Shown one piece after another: positions 45,989 to 60,048 of a DNA stretch of 64,000 nucleotides (its first letter is position 1; every line of letters starts with the position of its first letter). The position numbers and the translations under genes were made by a program. A model generated the notes under the pieces. It saw only the letters and a program-made list of their open reading frames with translations, was not told the origin of the DNA and did no database searches. Where the stretch lies: the NCBI RefSeq assembly GCF_040938485.1, contig NW_027272011.1, positions 744,001 through 808,000 on the forward strand, given 5' to 3'. The stretch is from Diadema antillarum (lineage: Eukaryota).

Positions 45989-46515
45989 CAGTGCACTCCC
46001 GTTATAACGAACACGGTTATAACGAAATTTCGTTATAACGAAGTAAATCTTCTGGTCCCAAAATTATCACCATTAAAGTCTATGGTAAAAAATTCGCTTG
46101 TAACGAACACGGTTATAGCGAAATTTCCGTTATAACGAAGTCTTTTCCGAGCGCCACAGACAAAGAAAAACAAAAGAAATGTGCTCCGTTATAACGAAAT
46201 GCGAATTGCTTTCAAAAATACCTAGCGGAACGAGCATTTATAGCGTCTCTGCATGGGTGAACGCTTCACACCACTGTGTGTTCGCTCTTTGTGTCACGCA
46301 CAGTTTCCAAGGGGAACTTGCGTTTATTATTGTGATACAGTTACCCCATCACATTTCACATAGCTTTCCGGTGTATGATGAGTATTCAGCAAACAGAATA
46401 CGTGGTTTCCTTATTTTCGTTATAATATATTGTATCTGTTCGGTTATAACGAAATTTCGTTATAACGAAAGAAAACTGCCGGTCCCGAGCATTTCGTTAT
46501 AACGGGAGTGCACTG
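45989..46515. mobile_element. Tc1/mariner-pogo (Tigger-like) MITE
   Basis: TA|CAGTGCACTCCCGTTATAACG...CGTTATAACGGGAGTGCACTG|TA; many internal CGTTATAACG repeats; shorter sister at 47696-47873. Confidence 0.85.
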
Positions 46516-46517
46516 TA

Positions 46518-46523
46518 TTTATT
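46518..46523 (-). terminator. Candidate BOP1 polyadenylation signal
   Basis: AATAAA on the minus strand about 515 nt past the stop; untested. Confidence 0.3.
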
Positions 46524-47038
46524 AAGGGTAACGCCACATCAAAATCAGATTTGACAACATGCCCAGCTAGGAAGAGTTGAGGACATTATGTGAGGCTACA
46601 ATTACAAAATGTCATGTACATAATTACAAGAGACATGGGATGAATTTGGCAGCTCTATAAAAGGATGTTACCATACTCGTGCCATAATTCCTTTATCATT
46701 ATATTAGTACCTGTATGTGTAGTGTAAAATCAGTGGACTGGTACCTAGTTGTCATACTTGGTGAAGCTACTTTGGTAGGAAAGAGAACAATTCTGGGATG
46801 GAGATAACTGTATATTCCAAGCATTTGATTAAATAGGATTCTGTCATTCAGCATCTGGTATGATGCAAAGACTGCATCTCTGCCTCATCCTTTGCAAGCG
46901 AAGAACTTAGCATAGAAGATGGCATAGGTCATGCTGACATCAGTCGTATATGTCGGAGTTCACCATGATAACAAGGCACTGAGAATGTTCTTTTCAAGTG
47001 TATACAGAAAGTCTTTCACAGCTTTTTGTTACGGGTCT

Positions 47039-50000
47039 TCATGTGAAGAGTCGTATCGTTGCATCGGCTCCAGCCGTGAATATCCATGGTTGCGAAGGGT
47101 GGAACTCACAGGCTAGCACCCCAAGGCTGTTGGTGATCACATGACCTCGAAGGATCTTTACGGGCACGATGAGCGGATTCTGGAGGAGATCACTGCAAAA
47201 CAAAGAGAAAGAAGTGAGAGAGAATGCCTCATTTCAAGATTTGTAAAAAAAAAAAGATGCCAGCGAATCATTTTGTTCTGGAAATTTGTCTAATAGAATA
47301 AAGCCCATAGCTGGGCTCAAAATCAGTGGTGGCCCTGTTGGCCTAGTGCCACTAAAAATTTATGTTGGGCCACCAAATTTCACAAAAGGCTTTGCTCTGA
47401 GTCTGAACTGGGCAGCTAAAATTCAAAATGAATTTTTATATTTCCTTTTATTTTGGGCCACTAAATTTCTTTTTCAGACCAACAAAATCTCAATCTAGTG
47501 GCCTGATTGGGCCCCAAGAGAAAATAGTTGGTGTCAAGCCCTGCATAGAAGTTGAGGGCCACGGGGTAGTATTTGAAATGTAAAATATAGCATTCAAAAT
47601 TGCCACTAAATTTTTTGTACAATATCTAGTGATCATAACATGTCCCTCTATGGGGATTTCTCTGTACATGTACTATGATTGTGCCTCCTCGTATACAGTG
47701 GACTCCCATTACAACGAAGTCCTTGCAGTTTCCTTTCGTTATATTGAAATTTCATTGTATCGAACAAATAAACAATAAAAATACATAGAGCTGATAATGT
47801 TGCAGCCTGAATTTTTAATTTGTCGTAACTGGAATTTCATTATAACCATGTTTGTTATAACAGGAGTGCACTGTACCGTAACAGTTTTCTCTTTAATAAC
47901 ATATCTCATGCCATTTCTATAACACAACTACACATTAAAGATACACAACAAGATTGCATAACACTTCATGCCAGAAATCAGCAGTGATTTGAAGCCCTGA
48001 AAGGAGTACACTAAACAGACATTTGTAATATCAGCAATCTCAATTTCAGGCCCACTTCAGTGCTTTTGAAACACCATAACTTCACACCATTAACTATCAA
48101 GTATTAAAAATGAACAGGAATTGAAGGTTGCACTCACTTGTACACCTGTCCATGGAATATCATAACAGCGCCATCATCGGAGGCGGAGGCGAAGAGTGGA
48201 TATCTCCGGTGGTAACTGACCTCCCTCACAGCCTTCCGATGGTGCCTCAATGTCTGGTACGGCTTGGTAGAGAGATCCATGTCAAACCAAGACACTCTGC
48301 AGTCATAGCTCCCTATCAGCACGTTGTCACCTTCACACAGGCAAAATCACGAAATACAAATTTTGGCTGCAGAATGAGACTAATGATCTCATAACCATCA
48401 GATGTCATTTGATGGTATGGGAAGATGAACTAACGCAAACAGAAGGAAACTGACCAGAAATTAATATAATTTATTAGTAGGAAAATGAGCAAAGAAAATG
48501 GGATTCCGTCTGGATTTGAACCCGACAAGATGAACTACTTACACATCATAGCTAGGGTTTACATACTACTTGAAGGTGAAAACTTTACAGGGCAGAGAGG
48601 GTTACACATTTTTGCCTGCAAGACAAACAGTTGCAATTATTGTGAGATTCTACACTATTTCTAAGATGCACACCAGACACTGCAGACAGGGTCCCATACT
48701 TCATGAAATGCAACGATTGAGCAATATAGCAGGTTTGAACCCAACATAATAAACTGTACAGGCCTTACAGGAACATACCTGTCCGTAAGGCAAAGAATTT
48801 TTCATTCAACTTTCCATGTCACTTCCAGTCAAGCCTTTATTACTGGATAGCATCTAATCAAATTGGTAGTGTAACTATGGCAACACATCAAGGTAACTTA
48901 TCCATACCTGCAGGATGACCATACCTGCAGGATGAATTGAGATGCTGGAGACCCATTTGGCATTGGAGATGAGCTTCTTGGTCAGTTCCTGTTTCAGGAG
49001 GTTGTACACCCTTACATACCTCTGGGTCTGCAGGATAGAAATACACCATTTGATGGATTAATCATCCTGTGTTACTTGAGCATAACATGAATGTTTCACT
49101 GGGACTGAATGTTTACTACCTTAAAATGGTCTTCTATGAACTGAATAATTAAACTGAAATTCTAAGATGAAGGAGTTATCTTCAAGTGCATTTACTTTTA
49201 CAGAGGTAGAAAATAGTTTACATTGCAGCCATAAAGGTGACTTATATGGTACGAAAAGCATTACATCCCAAAAGCTACACTACATATCTGATGACAAACA
49301 CATTTTGACCTTTATCATTGTACAGTTGGCCCGAACTATTAAGTTTGGTCACCACTATACCATAATTACTAGTAATCACAGTCATGATGATGATAAGAGT
49401 GATGATAAATCATCATCTTCATCACTATCATCATCATGACCGTCAGCAGAATCTTGCACATCAATTTCAACATTGACCACACAACGGGTAAACATTTCAG
49501 TCACTGTTTCTGACCACAGTATTTGTCTCAGTCTATGCCTTTGTAACCTAGGTACTAGTAACTGGAAGGGGATGGACAAAGATGAACTGTATAAACTCAC
49601 AGCAACAAAGAAGAAAGGTCTGGAAGGGTGGAAGGCCACACACTGGACCAGTCCTTTGGTCTTCTTGAAAGGAGTCTGTGACCTACGCTTGGAGAGCTGG
49701 TGTATGAGGACAGACGAGTTCCCTCCATCCGGTATCACTGCAGCAAAGTAGTCTCCCTTTCCGTGCCATGTGACCTTCTTCACCACCTGTTGGATAATAG
49801 ATGTTGAGATTGGATTGTCTTTTCATCTGCAATCCTTTCTAGCAAGCTGATTTATCAATAAAACTGCAAATGTCATGGTAAAGATAGGCACATTCTACAT
49901 AAAAACTGCAATTCTAGTGCCCAGTATGACACAGTGTACAAGCCATATGTGACACTGACAGAAATGCATACATTTGAAAGGAAACACCTGAAGTGAAGAC

Positions 50001-53000
50001 ATCAACACTTCTGTTGGTCACAATTTGCAACAGCACCACAAGTATCTGTTCTCATCAAAGAATATAGACCGATGTTAAGATTACCATCCTCATTGATGCT
50101 ATTCTCATTGTCATGGAATATTTTGTGTGTACCTTGAAATGTTTAAGTTGCAACCTGATGCCTTTCTCTTTCTCCTCCTCGTCCTCCGTTACATCCCACT
50201 CCACCAGGGGCGAGGTCTTCAGCTCTTCCGGTCTCTCGTACCCCTCGATCAGACGGTCTGTTCCCGAGGCAACCATCTTGTCGCCGAGTTGGGGATTGAT
50301 GATGTAGATCATCGTCTCTGCACACGCCGCCACCAGGCAGACGGCGGGGTTTGGACACCAAGCAACAGAAACCGGTGTGTCTGGGAGGTCCACTGTCTTC
50401 ATACAGCGGCCTGTAGACACCTCCCAGAACCTCAGTGTCTTGTCATCAGAGCCTGGAAAAGTTACAGTCACAAAATATTGACACGGGTGTCAATACAACT
50501 TTGAAAATAAATTACATTATGCTGTCATGACTGCAGTGACAGTAAAACCAACATATTGCTCCTCATCTCAAAGTGTATGAGCAGAACACAAGACACCATC
50601 CACCATCCTCAAGGCCTGTGCTTTTGAGATACATCCATAGGTTTACCGTGTGTTAAAGATACCACTAGGAACCGGCTTCAAAGCATGTGTGACACTGTGC
50701 AGCCTGCTCAATACTTTGCATGAATAACGAAGACCACACTTCATAAATCGTTGTTAACATGCACAAAGGTGTGCAAGTTGGCAAGTTGGTATATACCTCA
50801 CAAAGGTTATGTCTAGGCCGTTGGTATATACTGTCAACTGTTAACACTACCAACACTGTTATACAGCTTATTTCTTGTTTCATGTAAAATTGGCTGACTT
50901 ATCATTTATATTCCATGATGGAAGAAATTTTGGATAATTCTTTACACAGAATCAAGATTCTCAGTGGAGACAATTCATTTTATTTGTGCCATTTGTGATA
51001 TACTTGCACAATTACTCTCAATCAAAACACACCTTAAAATAAGATGTTTGTCGCAAAAATCAGGGATCAACATGATACGATTTGTAGGACTAAACTGACC
51101 TGACGCCATCCATTGACCACTTGGGTCCACACTGATGGAGCGGATATAGCTCTTATGACCCTCGTAGACAATGGACTGTGTGGTGGGGAAGGGCTGCAGG
51201 TCCTTGGGGCGTGGCAGCTTTGGCAGCAGTTCCTCTGGCTCAACTTGCACCTGATGCAGACCAACATGAAGACATTTGAAACTGGTCACTTCTCAATTAG
51301 TAGGGTATTTCCACGACTACCTCTTTTACCCCGTATTCTTCATATCTATACTCTCTGAAATCACATATGAAGTGATGAAATGAGAGAGGCAGAGAACNNN
51401 NNNNNNNNNNNNNNNNNNNNNNNNNNNNNNNNNNNNNNNNNNNNNNNNNNNNNNNNNNNNNNNNNNNNNNNNNNNNNNNNNNNNNNNNNNNNNNNNNNNN
51501 NNNNNNNNNNNNNNNNNNNNNNNNNNNNNNNNNNNNNNNNNNNNNNNNNNNNNNNNNNNNNNNNNNNNNNNNNNNNNNNNNNNNNNNNNNNNNNNNNNNN
51601 NNNNNNTCTGTACCATCAAATCATTGCTTGAATACAATTTTGGAAAGTTTAAAGACTATTCTGGAATGTTAACGTCATTTTGGCATGTCAACAAGCCCTA
51701 TTGCAAAGATCAAAGATTATCATGAAATGTCAAAGGTCATCACGGAAGGCTCAAAGGTCAAACAAAAACTCACCCTCATTCTCCTCTGTCGGGGACAGAG
51801 GTAGAGGTCAAGGCAGCGCTCAAAGCGATCCTGGATGAAGCGTGGGTAGTACGGAACCTTGCGCAGACAGTCATACTTTTTGGGCAAGAAATCTGTTTTT
51901 CTGTCCTCTGGATCCTCTTCATTCCAAGCCAGAATCTGAGTTATAGAATTCAAAGCATGCTCAAAGATTGTGAAATTATTTAGCTCTAATGTGCCCATTC
52001 ATTGCAATGATCTAAGCATCAGTAGATTTAGTCAGTTTGCAGCACTATCCTTTGCTAGTTATCATTTTAGCAAGTCTTGGAAACTCATTTTATCTTTATC
52101 TGTAGATACAATATCAATCTCTTCTATTATGACAAGGTACAGATTTTTGTTTTGTCAGTCACACCTATTATTCTCTTACCCATTCCCTCCTTCCCCTGTA
52201 GTATACTGTAATCCTTTCACACATCGATGTGTTCAATTAGGATTGTAACTATCTGTTCTTTTTCATATTAATAACAATATTAACCAACAGAGATATTATA
52301 TTGAATGATGACATTCTGAACAATGGGATACAAATGCTAAAGAATAACAAAAGAAAGCAATAAATCATAGCACATCTTTCACAAGTAACCAACATCTCAC
52401 CTCTTCCTCTGTGGGGAGGTACTCTGGTAGAGGGTTGTAGGATTCCTCGTGGCCTGGCAGTTTCAACTTGGGTGCTGCGATGTGGGCGTGGTGTCGCTTG
52501 GAAAGTTTGATGTTCTCCTCATCACCCCAAAGGTCGTAGAACTTTGGACCTTTCTTCTCCTCCTCCTCCTTCTTCTTTCTCTCTGCCTCCAACTCGCTGG
52601 GAAGTTTCATCCAGCCCATCTTCATGGCATGCACCAGTTTGCTCACCTGATGTATCAAATCATTAATGTCACAATTTACCACCATGCTTCGGAATGTGGC
52701 TGAACAAGACCAAAGAGTCAACCTACATTAGCCAAGAGCCCTGTTTTAGAACCACATCCTCCACACGCTGATGATCATACTGAACACAAACACTGTGTTG
52801 TGAGATCTTCTGAAAACAAAGACAACAAATGTTCAGACTACTGTAAAAGTGGATATTTTCGCGGTACTAATTTTTCGCGCTTGGCCAGGTGAGAAGAGTT
52901 TTGCGTGTTTTTAATTCCGCGGAATCAAGACATCACACACAGTAAAACATGGCAAGCAAAAATATTCGCGTGCTTTTATTTTCGCGCTAGTTGCTGGTTG

Positions 53001-56000
53001 CGCGAAATGCGCAAAAATTTCAACACCACGAATCTTTCCACTTTTACAGTAGTCTTCTCTATACCCGCAATCAGGGATGACATTGACTTCTGTCCATTAC
53101 GAAACTGGGTTTGTCTCTTATATCTATCCTGGAGCCATACATCTTGTGCCTAAAAATTGTTACCATCCCCCAAAACAGGCACACATTCTCTTTAGAATAA
53201 CAATGTTGCCTCAACGTGAATCATATCATTCACTAGTTTCTATCACCAAATTATCATAATCAAATCACAATTGTGTCATGTTCTACAACTTCAAACTAAA
53301 TACAAATCTAGTAAATATACCCAAACTACGGTTTTGTGGAATTTGTAACGCTGTGAGACCTCAACAAGATTTTTTATATTTTTTTAAGTCAGGACTTTTA
53401 CCTTGTCTTTCTCTGTGAGTGATGGGATGAAACTGCGCTTGTGCGCTGGCCGCCTGGTAACTGGATGGATCATCTTCTCGTATGTGAAGTGATCGATGTA
53501 GTCTTCATAGGGGTCAAAGGTCGTTTCGGGATAGAAGCCCCGCTGAATCCTCTGTATGGTCATCAGCTGCTCCTCACTCAGAACAACATCCTTTCCCAGC
53601 TTCTTGTCAAACACTGTCCGCCTGAGTTGATAAAAAAAGAAAAGGAAATATATTTGATTGTCTAGCTGTTCTACCACTGATGACTCTACCTCCTCCATGA
53701 GAAAATTAAGCCTCCTTAAAAAAGTAAAAATAATCTGTGAACTCATTTTAACAGAGAACCAGAAGATTTCCACATTTCTCACTATGTCATTAAAACACAC
53801 AGCTCTACAGAAATTCAGAGAATATCCTGTATAGCTGGTTATCCCCACCAGCAATGCGAAATCACAATTGATTGATTGATTGTCCACTTTGGGTTCACAA
53901 AAATAAAGAACAAACAAAACTGTGTAATGATAATTAATACTATACTAGAATTTTTTTTTTTCGGAGGTAAAAATGTAATCAAAAAGTATATTCTAATAAC
54001 ATATATTTGCATTAAATTGTGAAGTACATATTAGTCATCATAATCAAAGTGGGGGAACCTAAATTGAAAGCACAGCTTGTATTACTTAGGCCCCTGAAAA
54101 TCACATCACATCATAGAGAAACAATTTAACACATTACAGAGTATTTACTAAAATGGCATAAATAAAACAAAAAACAAAAACAAAACAAACTTAAAATGAA
54201 GATCCGCTAAATGACAAAGATACAGGAAGAGAGGATAAGAAATAAAGGGAATAGATAAGACAAATTGAGATGACAGGGGAAAGAAGAGATGGAGAGAGGA
54301 GAGGATATCAAACAGGATGCTGCAATGCAGCACATAAAGTTACATGTACTCAAAGCATACCACAGATGTAAAAGATTTTCCTGGAGCTTATATACATTAC
54401 CAGTAGTCTGGGTTGTCCATCTTGTTCAAGAATTCTTCCAGCTTGTCACGACCTTCAGGTTTGACAATCTTTTGACCCTTGACATCATACCCTAGATGCT
54501 TGTATCCTTCATACCACTCCATGGGAATGTTGCCCACTGTATTGCGGATGTCCTAGAAGCAACAACCATATATGTCACATTATTAAAACATATAAATTGG
54601 GGGGGGGGGGAAGAGAAATTATGGACCCATGTAGCTTGGACATATGCTTTATCAGTTTCCTGCACTGTAATGGCTTAATAGTTCTGGAGTAGCAAAGGTA
54701 TGAGTTCATGTATTAACATATAGCATTTCCTCACATGGTCACTGCTCTTCAGATAAGTTAGCAAACAAAATGATTTCTTCAGTTTGCTTAGTCTGTCTAA
54801 GCTTCTGTAAGCTTTAGCCCCTGCCTCCTCCTCACAAGAAAGAAAACCAAAAAATACAAGACATGCATTATGAATTAACCCTCACCACCAGGATCATAAA
54901 CACAAACATACAAACCACCATATAGACGTTTTCTAACAGAATAAGGTTTCAAAGTAATGAGGGGAAAGACAGACAAAATAATCACCTCTTCATCTGACGA
55001 GTCAAAATCGTATTCATCAACCCGAGCTGTGTCTGTCCTGTTATCAAGTGCTTCTGCCTCAGAATTCTGAGCATTCTGTGAAGAGCCCGACTGTGAGGAC
55101 TCAACTTCATCCTTTACAGCCACTTCCTGTGAGTCCTGCTTCTTTTTCCTCAGCAAGCTTTTCTCTTTTCTTGCTTTGTCCTTGCCCTTTTTACGTTCAT
55201 TCTGTCAAGAAAAATGAAAAATGAAGTAAAAATCAAACTAAACAAAACAGCAGAAGTTTTCAATAACCATCTTGTCAATATCAGATAAGCTAAAAAACAG
55301 GTACATTCAGAGCTCAGACAAAAATTTTAAAATGGTCACCAGAGAAAAATGTTAAAATGTGACATTACATGAGGCTAATTTTTTTGGGGGGGCAAACTAT
55401 TGACAGACTAATGAGACAAAGTTCTGCATGTCTTAACTACCAGCTGGCTATTAGATCAACATCATTATCAAGCATATTATCAGTCAAAGTGATAAATGTT
55501 TTTGGTATTTCTTCCTTTCATTTATTTTTTGTGATCTTTTTACTAGTCCGAATGTGCATCACACAAAACCATATATCTGTGCTGAGGGTAACTGGTATAA
55601 GACTTGCAAGTTCCAATTTTTGGATAAAACCTAGTGCTCAATGATGAAATGTTAACGTCATATATGTTTCCATTAGTATACTTGGCATTCAACAGTAATT
55701 CAGGTAGCATCTCAATGACGAGGTACAATGAAACTGTCTTGGCAATATGACCACGGACCAGATGCTGAGATGCATCATGTTTGAAACTTCATCTTCACTA
55801 CAATGAATCCTTTCCTATTTAGCAGCAGAATAGCCCTCTGGTAGCAACTGTGAAAGTTCCAGCAATCACCTCTGCTTCTTCAGCTTCCTCATCATCTGCA
55901 TCATCGCTGGATTCATCCTCTTCCTCAGACATGCTTGACCCTTGACCTCCTTCACTGTCACTGTCATCGTCTCCACTGCTGTCAAGGTCTACAAGATGAC

Positions 56001-59000
56001 CACACAGAGAAATAGGTTTTATGTATCATGCAGTGGACACACTGTTTCAGGTACTCAAATGCAACTACTATAGGCTGTGAGGATCAAACTTAACTTTACA
56101 AACAATATGATATGATAAAGAAAAACAATTACATGTCCTCATTACTAGACACCATGCAGAGGAAGCATAATATGCATACTATATGTTCAACATATGACCA
56201 AAAATTAACAAATACACTGAAATATGCATCATAAAACAAAGTTGATGTCTTTTCCATCAATAGGCTCCTACAAATGATTAATAATGATGAAGAATAGTTT
56301 AAAGCCAATTCTGTTATCATTGCAATCAGAATTATATTTTGTTATGTCTTCATTATGTTTGACATCATTCTCATCAAAATACCCCACACTCACAAAGTTT
56401 GTAGAATACAAGCATCATCACTGTAGCAATTAAAACAAATTACCCTCATCATATTCGTCATCATCATCACTTTCAAAGTTTTTGAAAGGATCATAGTCAA
56501 TGTCATCACTGTCATCAGCATCTGCTTGAACGTCATCATCATCATCGTCAACTTCAGAGTCGGTGCTGTCCTGGTCATCATCTTTGTCAACAGGGGCATC
56601 TACAAACAGATTAAGCTGAAAAAAAAAAAGAAGAAGACATTTTAGAAGATTCCATTGAATACAGATGAATAAGAGATGAATTTCAGCCTTCTGGACTGAA
56701 ATTCATCCCTAAGGGAAAGCAGCTGTCTCTGGTGGCTCTTAATATACACATATGCTCTATAGAGATGTGTATAGTATAAATAGTTAAATAAAGCCCTCCA
56801 TAATTCGGTCATAATGCTGTCCAAAATCATTGAAAATTCGACCCCTCGCTACATGTAAGAGTTAAAACCTATATGCCTTTGCACACGGTCAAAGTCTTGC
56901 ATGGGACAGAGGTCGAACCTTGTCCTTACCTTGTTAGTTTTTATGATGCAAAAGCGGCGCTCCCTCCCATTAGAATGCTATATTGTGGGAACACTTTGGG
57001 TGTGAGCTGGTTGCATTTTTGAGATCGCAGTCATGCTGCATGTCCCATTTGTTGTAACGTTATATTTTAGGCCAAGTAAAAAAAGAAACCAGTTTCTCGT
57101 CCTCGCGCACATCGATTTTGGCCGCCGCGTCAATTTTTTTACTATTTACTATTTTCAAAATGGCACTGAAAATACCAAGAAATTCATAATTCTTGTCCCA
57201 GCCCGCTCCCCGCCCGCATCGATTTTCAGTTACCGCATCAACTTTTTTGATATTTTACTATTTTTTCGGCCGCCGAAAAAAAGAATCGACAATTCACCTG
57301 CCAATCGTGATGTCTCATTTCTAATTACGCCTTGCATCCTCTACTTTATAGCTGTAGTACAGCTGTAGCTTCTGTAGTGCGTATGTAATAACGCATGCAT
57401 TTCACACTGCGAGCTCGGCAAGAAGGAATGACCCACAAAGCAGTTGAACTGTAATTGGATGAGCGCGGGCGGGCGCGGCCTGGGCTGTGATGTACAGCGC
57501 ACTCAGTACGTCGTGGTGTAGACAGGACGTTGAGCACCTTCTGTACATTTTTCTCGTGCTGTTGCCCGCTTCATGTGCTGCTAGATTGATTGCGCAATGT
57601 AACCACATACTAGTCATAGACACAGAACTCTTACACAGTGGTCATAGAGGAGCCAGCCAGCCAGCATAGCATGCGCGCGTTCTGGAGCTGGAAAAAAAAT
57701 CGTGGAGTGCAGTGATGGAGAGAACCGATCTCAAGCGCACGTGTGCACAGCGAACGGCTTTAATAACAGGGCCCCGTTTTATCAAAAGATAATATCAATT
57801 CTAATTTTCCTTACTACACAGTCTGCCATAGACTTACAGTTGAAATCGACTTCATAATCAATTCTAACTCTTCATAAAACGGGGCCCAGAGCTGCCAACC
57901 TTTGGAAGCACAAATTAGTACTCAGCAGCTCCAAAATTCGTATTTTTCCACCAGAATTCGTATTTTTTCAATCTCCCTCTTTTTGCTATTTTGAATTAAA
58001 CTCGTCGACTTATGAGGCCTACAGGCTCTTAACATAACGTTATGACACATGCCGAAGCATCGAGCTGGTCACCAGCACGATAAAGATGCCAAACTACGCA
58101 ATGTTCAGCGTTGATTGATTGCTTTCTCGCAATGAATGTGTACAAGTGCAAGTATATCCTCCAAAAACTTGCTGGGATGATTATGGAAGCTTCCACTATC
58201 TAGCAGGGGGCGTGGAATGCTTTCATCTTCTCAAGAGAGCTTCTTTGTGAGCGGATGCAATACCAGTACTCTGTTCCGTGTTTCCAATTATCGTTTACTA
58301 TGAAAACATAATCACGCGTTGTTTTCAGGCTTTTTTCATTTTATTGGATTTTAAACATCAGTCTTTTCCGAAGTATTCCAATTCCTTTTCCCCTGACTGG
58401 AATCGGAAAGTCTGCTATAACGATGATCGCAAAATGCCGCGCTGTGTGTGGAAGCGCCGATGTGCAAACACGTGGCTTCACTTTCAAGTTTAAAGGAATG
58501 CGCCATGTGCTCCTGCCTATAAGAGGTTACTGCAAGTTCGATGAATCGAATGCGCCGTATAGCTGAGCTGAGCGGAATGGCTTATTTACGGTAAACATCA
58601 GTTTACGTTCGATACGAAGAAATCATTACGTCTTTCACGAGGGAAAAACACACAAAACAAACAAACAAACAAAATACACCCACAAACGAATGTTGATAGC
58701 CAAAACCTTGAAAAGTAATAAGCAGTTTTGATGAGCGTGAACTGAAATTGTCATTACACGTTGTATTTTGCTGTTTATATCACTGCTGCTTCTTGGTAGC
58801 ACTGTAATGATGGCCATGGAAGAAATGAAGGGAGAATGTGACTTACCTGCACAGGTACATGTTTTGCTACATTTATGTAGTTTTGGTATACAATCATTCA
58901 TCATCCAAATGATGAGTGATTATCAAATGTCTTTTTAGAACATGAAGAAACATCTTTAAATGTTTAATGCTATAATGCCATATCAGTATCATTTTGACAT

Positions 59001-60048
59001 CCATCTGCAATTGTACAAGCCAGTTTCCAGTTGAATGTGCTACAATTGTACTGTGAAGAACTTACCAGCTGTGTGGACTCAAAAAGTCACAAACACAAAT
59101 GATAAATAAAGCAGTGTTTTGAATATCATGGAATTAATTTCAGTCGTACATTTGTTGAAAGACATGTTTTATACCTGTTTCAATTAAATATAGCACAATA
59201 CATCAGAATTGCAAGTACACTGGTATCAGAAATGCCAGTATTAAGATGGTCATTTTCCCTTGACATCTGTAGTGGAAAGAAAAAGCAAATGTATTTCTGC
59301 ATGCATGAAGTTTCGTTTCAAGTATGGTACATAATATATCTATTTGTTTGAAAATGCACAGAGTGCAGGCAAGACATACGCACACTTGGGACCTGGTCTC
59401 TCATAACACAGCTACCAGAGTGATATTTCATTTCATAAATTGGATATAGAAAATAGTAAACCCCTCTCTCGTTACCTTTCTCAGAATTACCGGACGAGAA
59501 ACACATATTACTTACATTTTGACAATCCTCGAAAAAATAGTAAGATATCAAATACTACTGAAATACGTGTAGTAAGGACCTCCCTCATCGCCTTGCTCAA
59601 AAAACCCGGACGAGAAACTGCTTTCTTTTTTTACTTGGCCTTATGTAAAACTAAAATCTACTGTCTTGTTGAATGTACCTAAACTTACAACCTTAACTAT
59701 TTATAGTAATACACAGCCCAGTCGCTGTAAAAACGGGGAGACGCCGTGCTCCGTACGGCGTCTGGTCTGGTTGGGTACATGTATTCGTGTTTCGTACGTG
59801 TATGAGATTTGGTGAATGTTTGCCGAATTGCCAAACACAAAAGTGAATACTCGGGGCTACTCGGTAATGGTATATGGTAAGTACTGCGATCTTTCCAAGA
59901 AACGAGAACTGATTTTGAGATAACGTCAAAGCAGAGATAAACCACTTAACAACTCTTCGTCAAAAAACTTCAAAATAGGGTCACTTACAGAATCCGATAT
60001 ATCATTTTCTTGTCCACGTGCCGGTCTCTTTCTCGATTTCGAAGCCAT
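47039..60048 (-). CDS. BOP1: Ribosome biogenesis protein BOP1/Erb1 (PeBoW complex), 817 aa, 14 exons
   Basis: Exons 59989-60048, 56444-56615, 55870-55988, 54986-55201, 54401-54552, 53402-53621, 52401-52646, 51774-51935, 51100-51250, 50133-50452, 49601-49786, 48925-49027, 48138-48330, 47039-47192; GT-AG, phases consistent, 2454 nt. Motifs [62 protein letters not shown]40 repeats, [33 protein letters not shown]. Exons 1-3 (acidic, poorly conserved) are less certain than the rest. Confidence 0.96.
47311..47543. mobile_element. CAGGGCT-type MITE with 5-bp TSD (hAT5-like)
   Basis: CATAG|CTGGGCT...AGCCCTG|CATAG. Confidence 0.7.
51398..51606. other. Assembly gap (N run) in BOP1 intron 8
   Basis: 209 N; the coding model is complete across it. 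Confidence 0.99.
52841..53049. mobile_element. TA-target MITE (CTGTAAAAGTGG ends)
   Basis: TA|CTGTAAAAGTGGAT...CCACTTTTACAG|TA. Confidence 0.8.
57770..57886. mobile_element. Harbinger/PIF-like MITE
   Basis: CAG|GGCCCCGTTTTAT...ATAAAACGGGGCC|CAG. Confidence 0.8.

Noticed and set aside
49875-50035. Double hairpin ending in ACA in BOP1 intron 10 (H/ACA-like)
   Set aside because: No ANANNA H box between the hairpins and the ACA is paired; an Infernal/snoReport scan would be needed to revive it.
50560-50720. U17/snR30-like words (TTCCTA, AAACC) in BOP1 intron 9
   Set aside because: The flanking stems and terminal ACA required for U17 are absent.
55707-55773. C/D-snoRNA-like hairpin (ATGACGA...CTGA, GCATCTC stem)
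   Set aside because: Antisense to BOP1, variant C box, poor kink-turn stem and no recognisable rRNA guide.
56390-56599. Met-rich ORF starting at an internal AG|ATG in BOP1 exon 2
   Set aside because: It is an alternative frame of GAT (Asp) repeats; the upstream acceptor at 56615 has the better pyrimidine tract and correct phase.
58423-58566. 47-aa ORF with THAP-like CxxxC start
   Set aside because: Lacks the conserved P, W and CxxH residues; too short to support.
59739-59763. 9-bp GC-rich hairpin followed by CTGG (Helitron 3' end?)
   Set aside because: Spacing to CTRR is too short and there is no matching 5' TC end or second copy.
47039-60048. Nested scleraxis-like bHLH gene as in mammalian BOP1
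   Set aside because: No bHLH-coding frame is visible in any BOP1 intron; the 209-bp gap is not inspectable.
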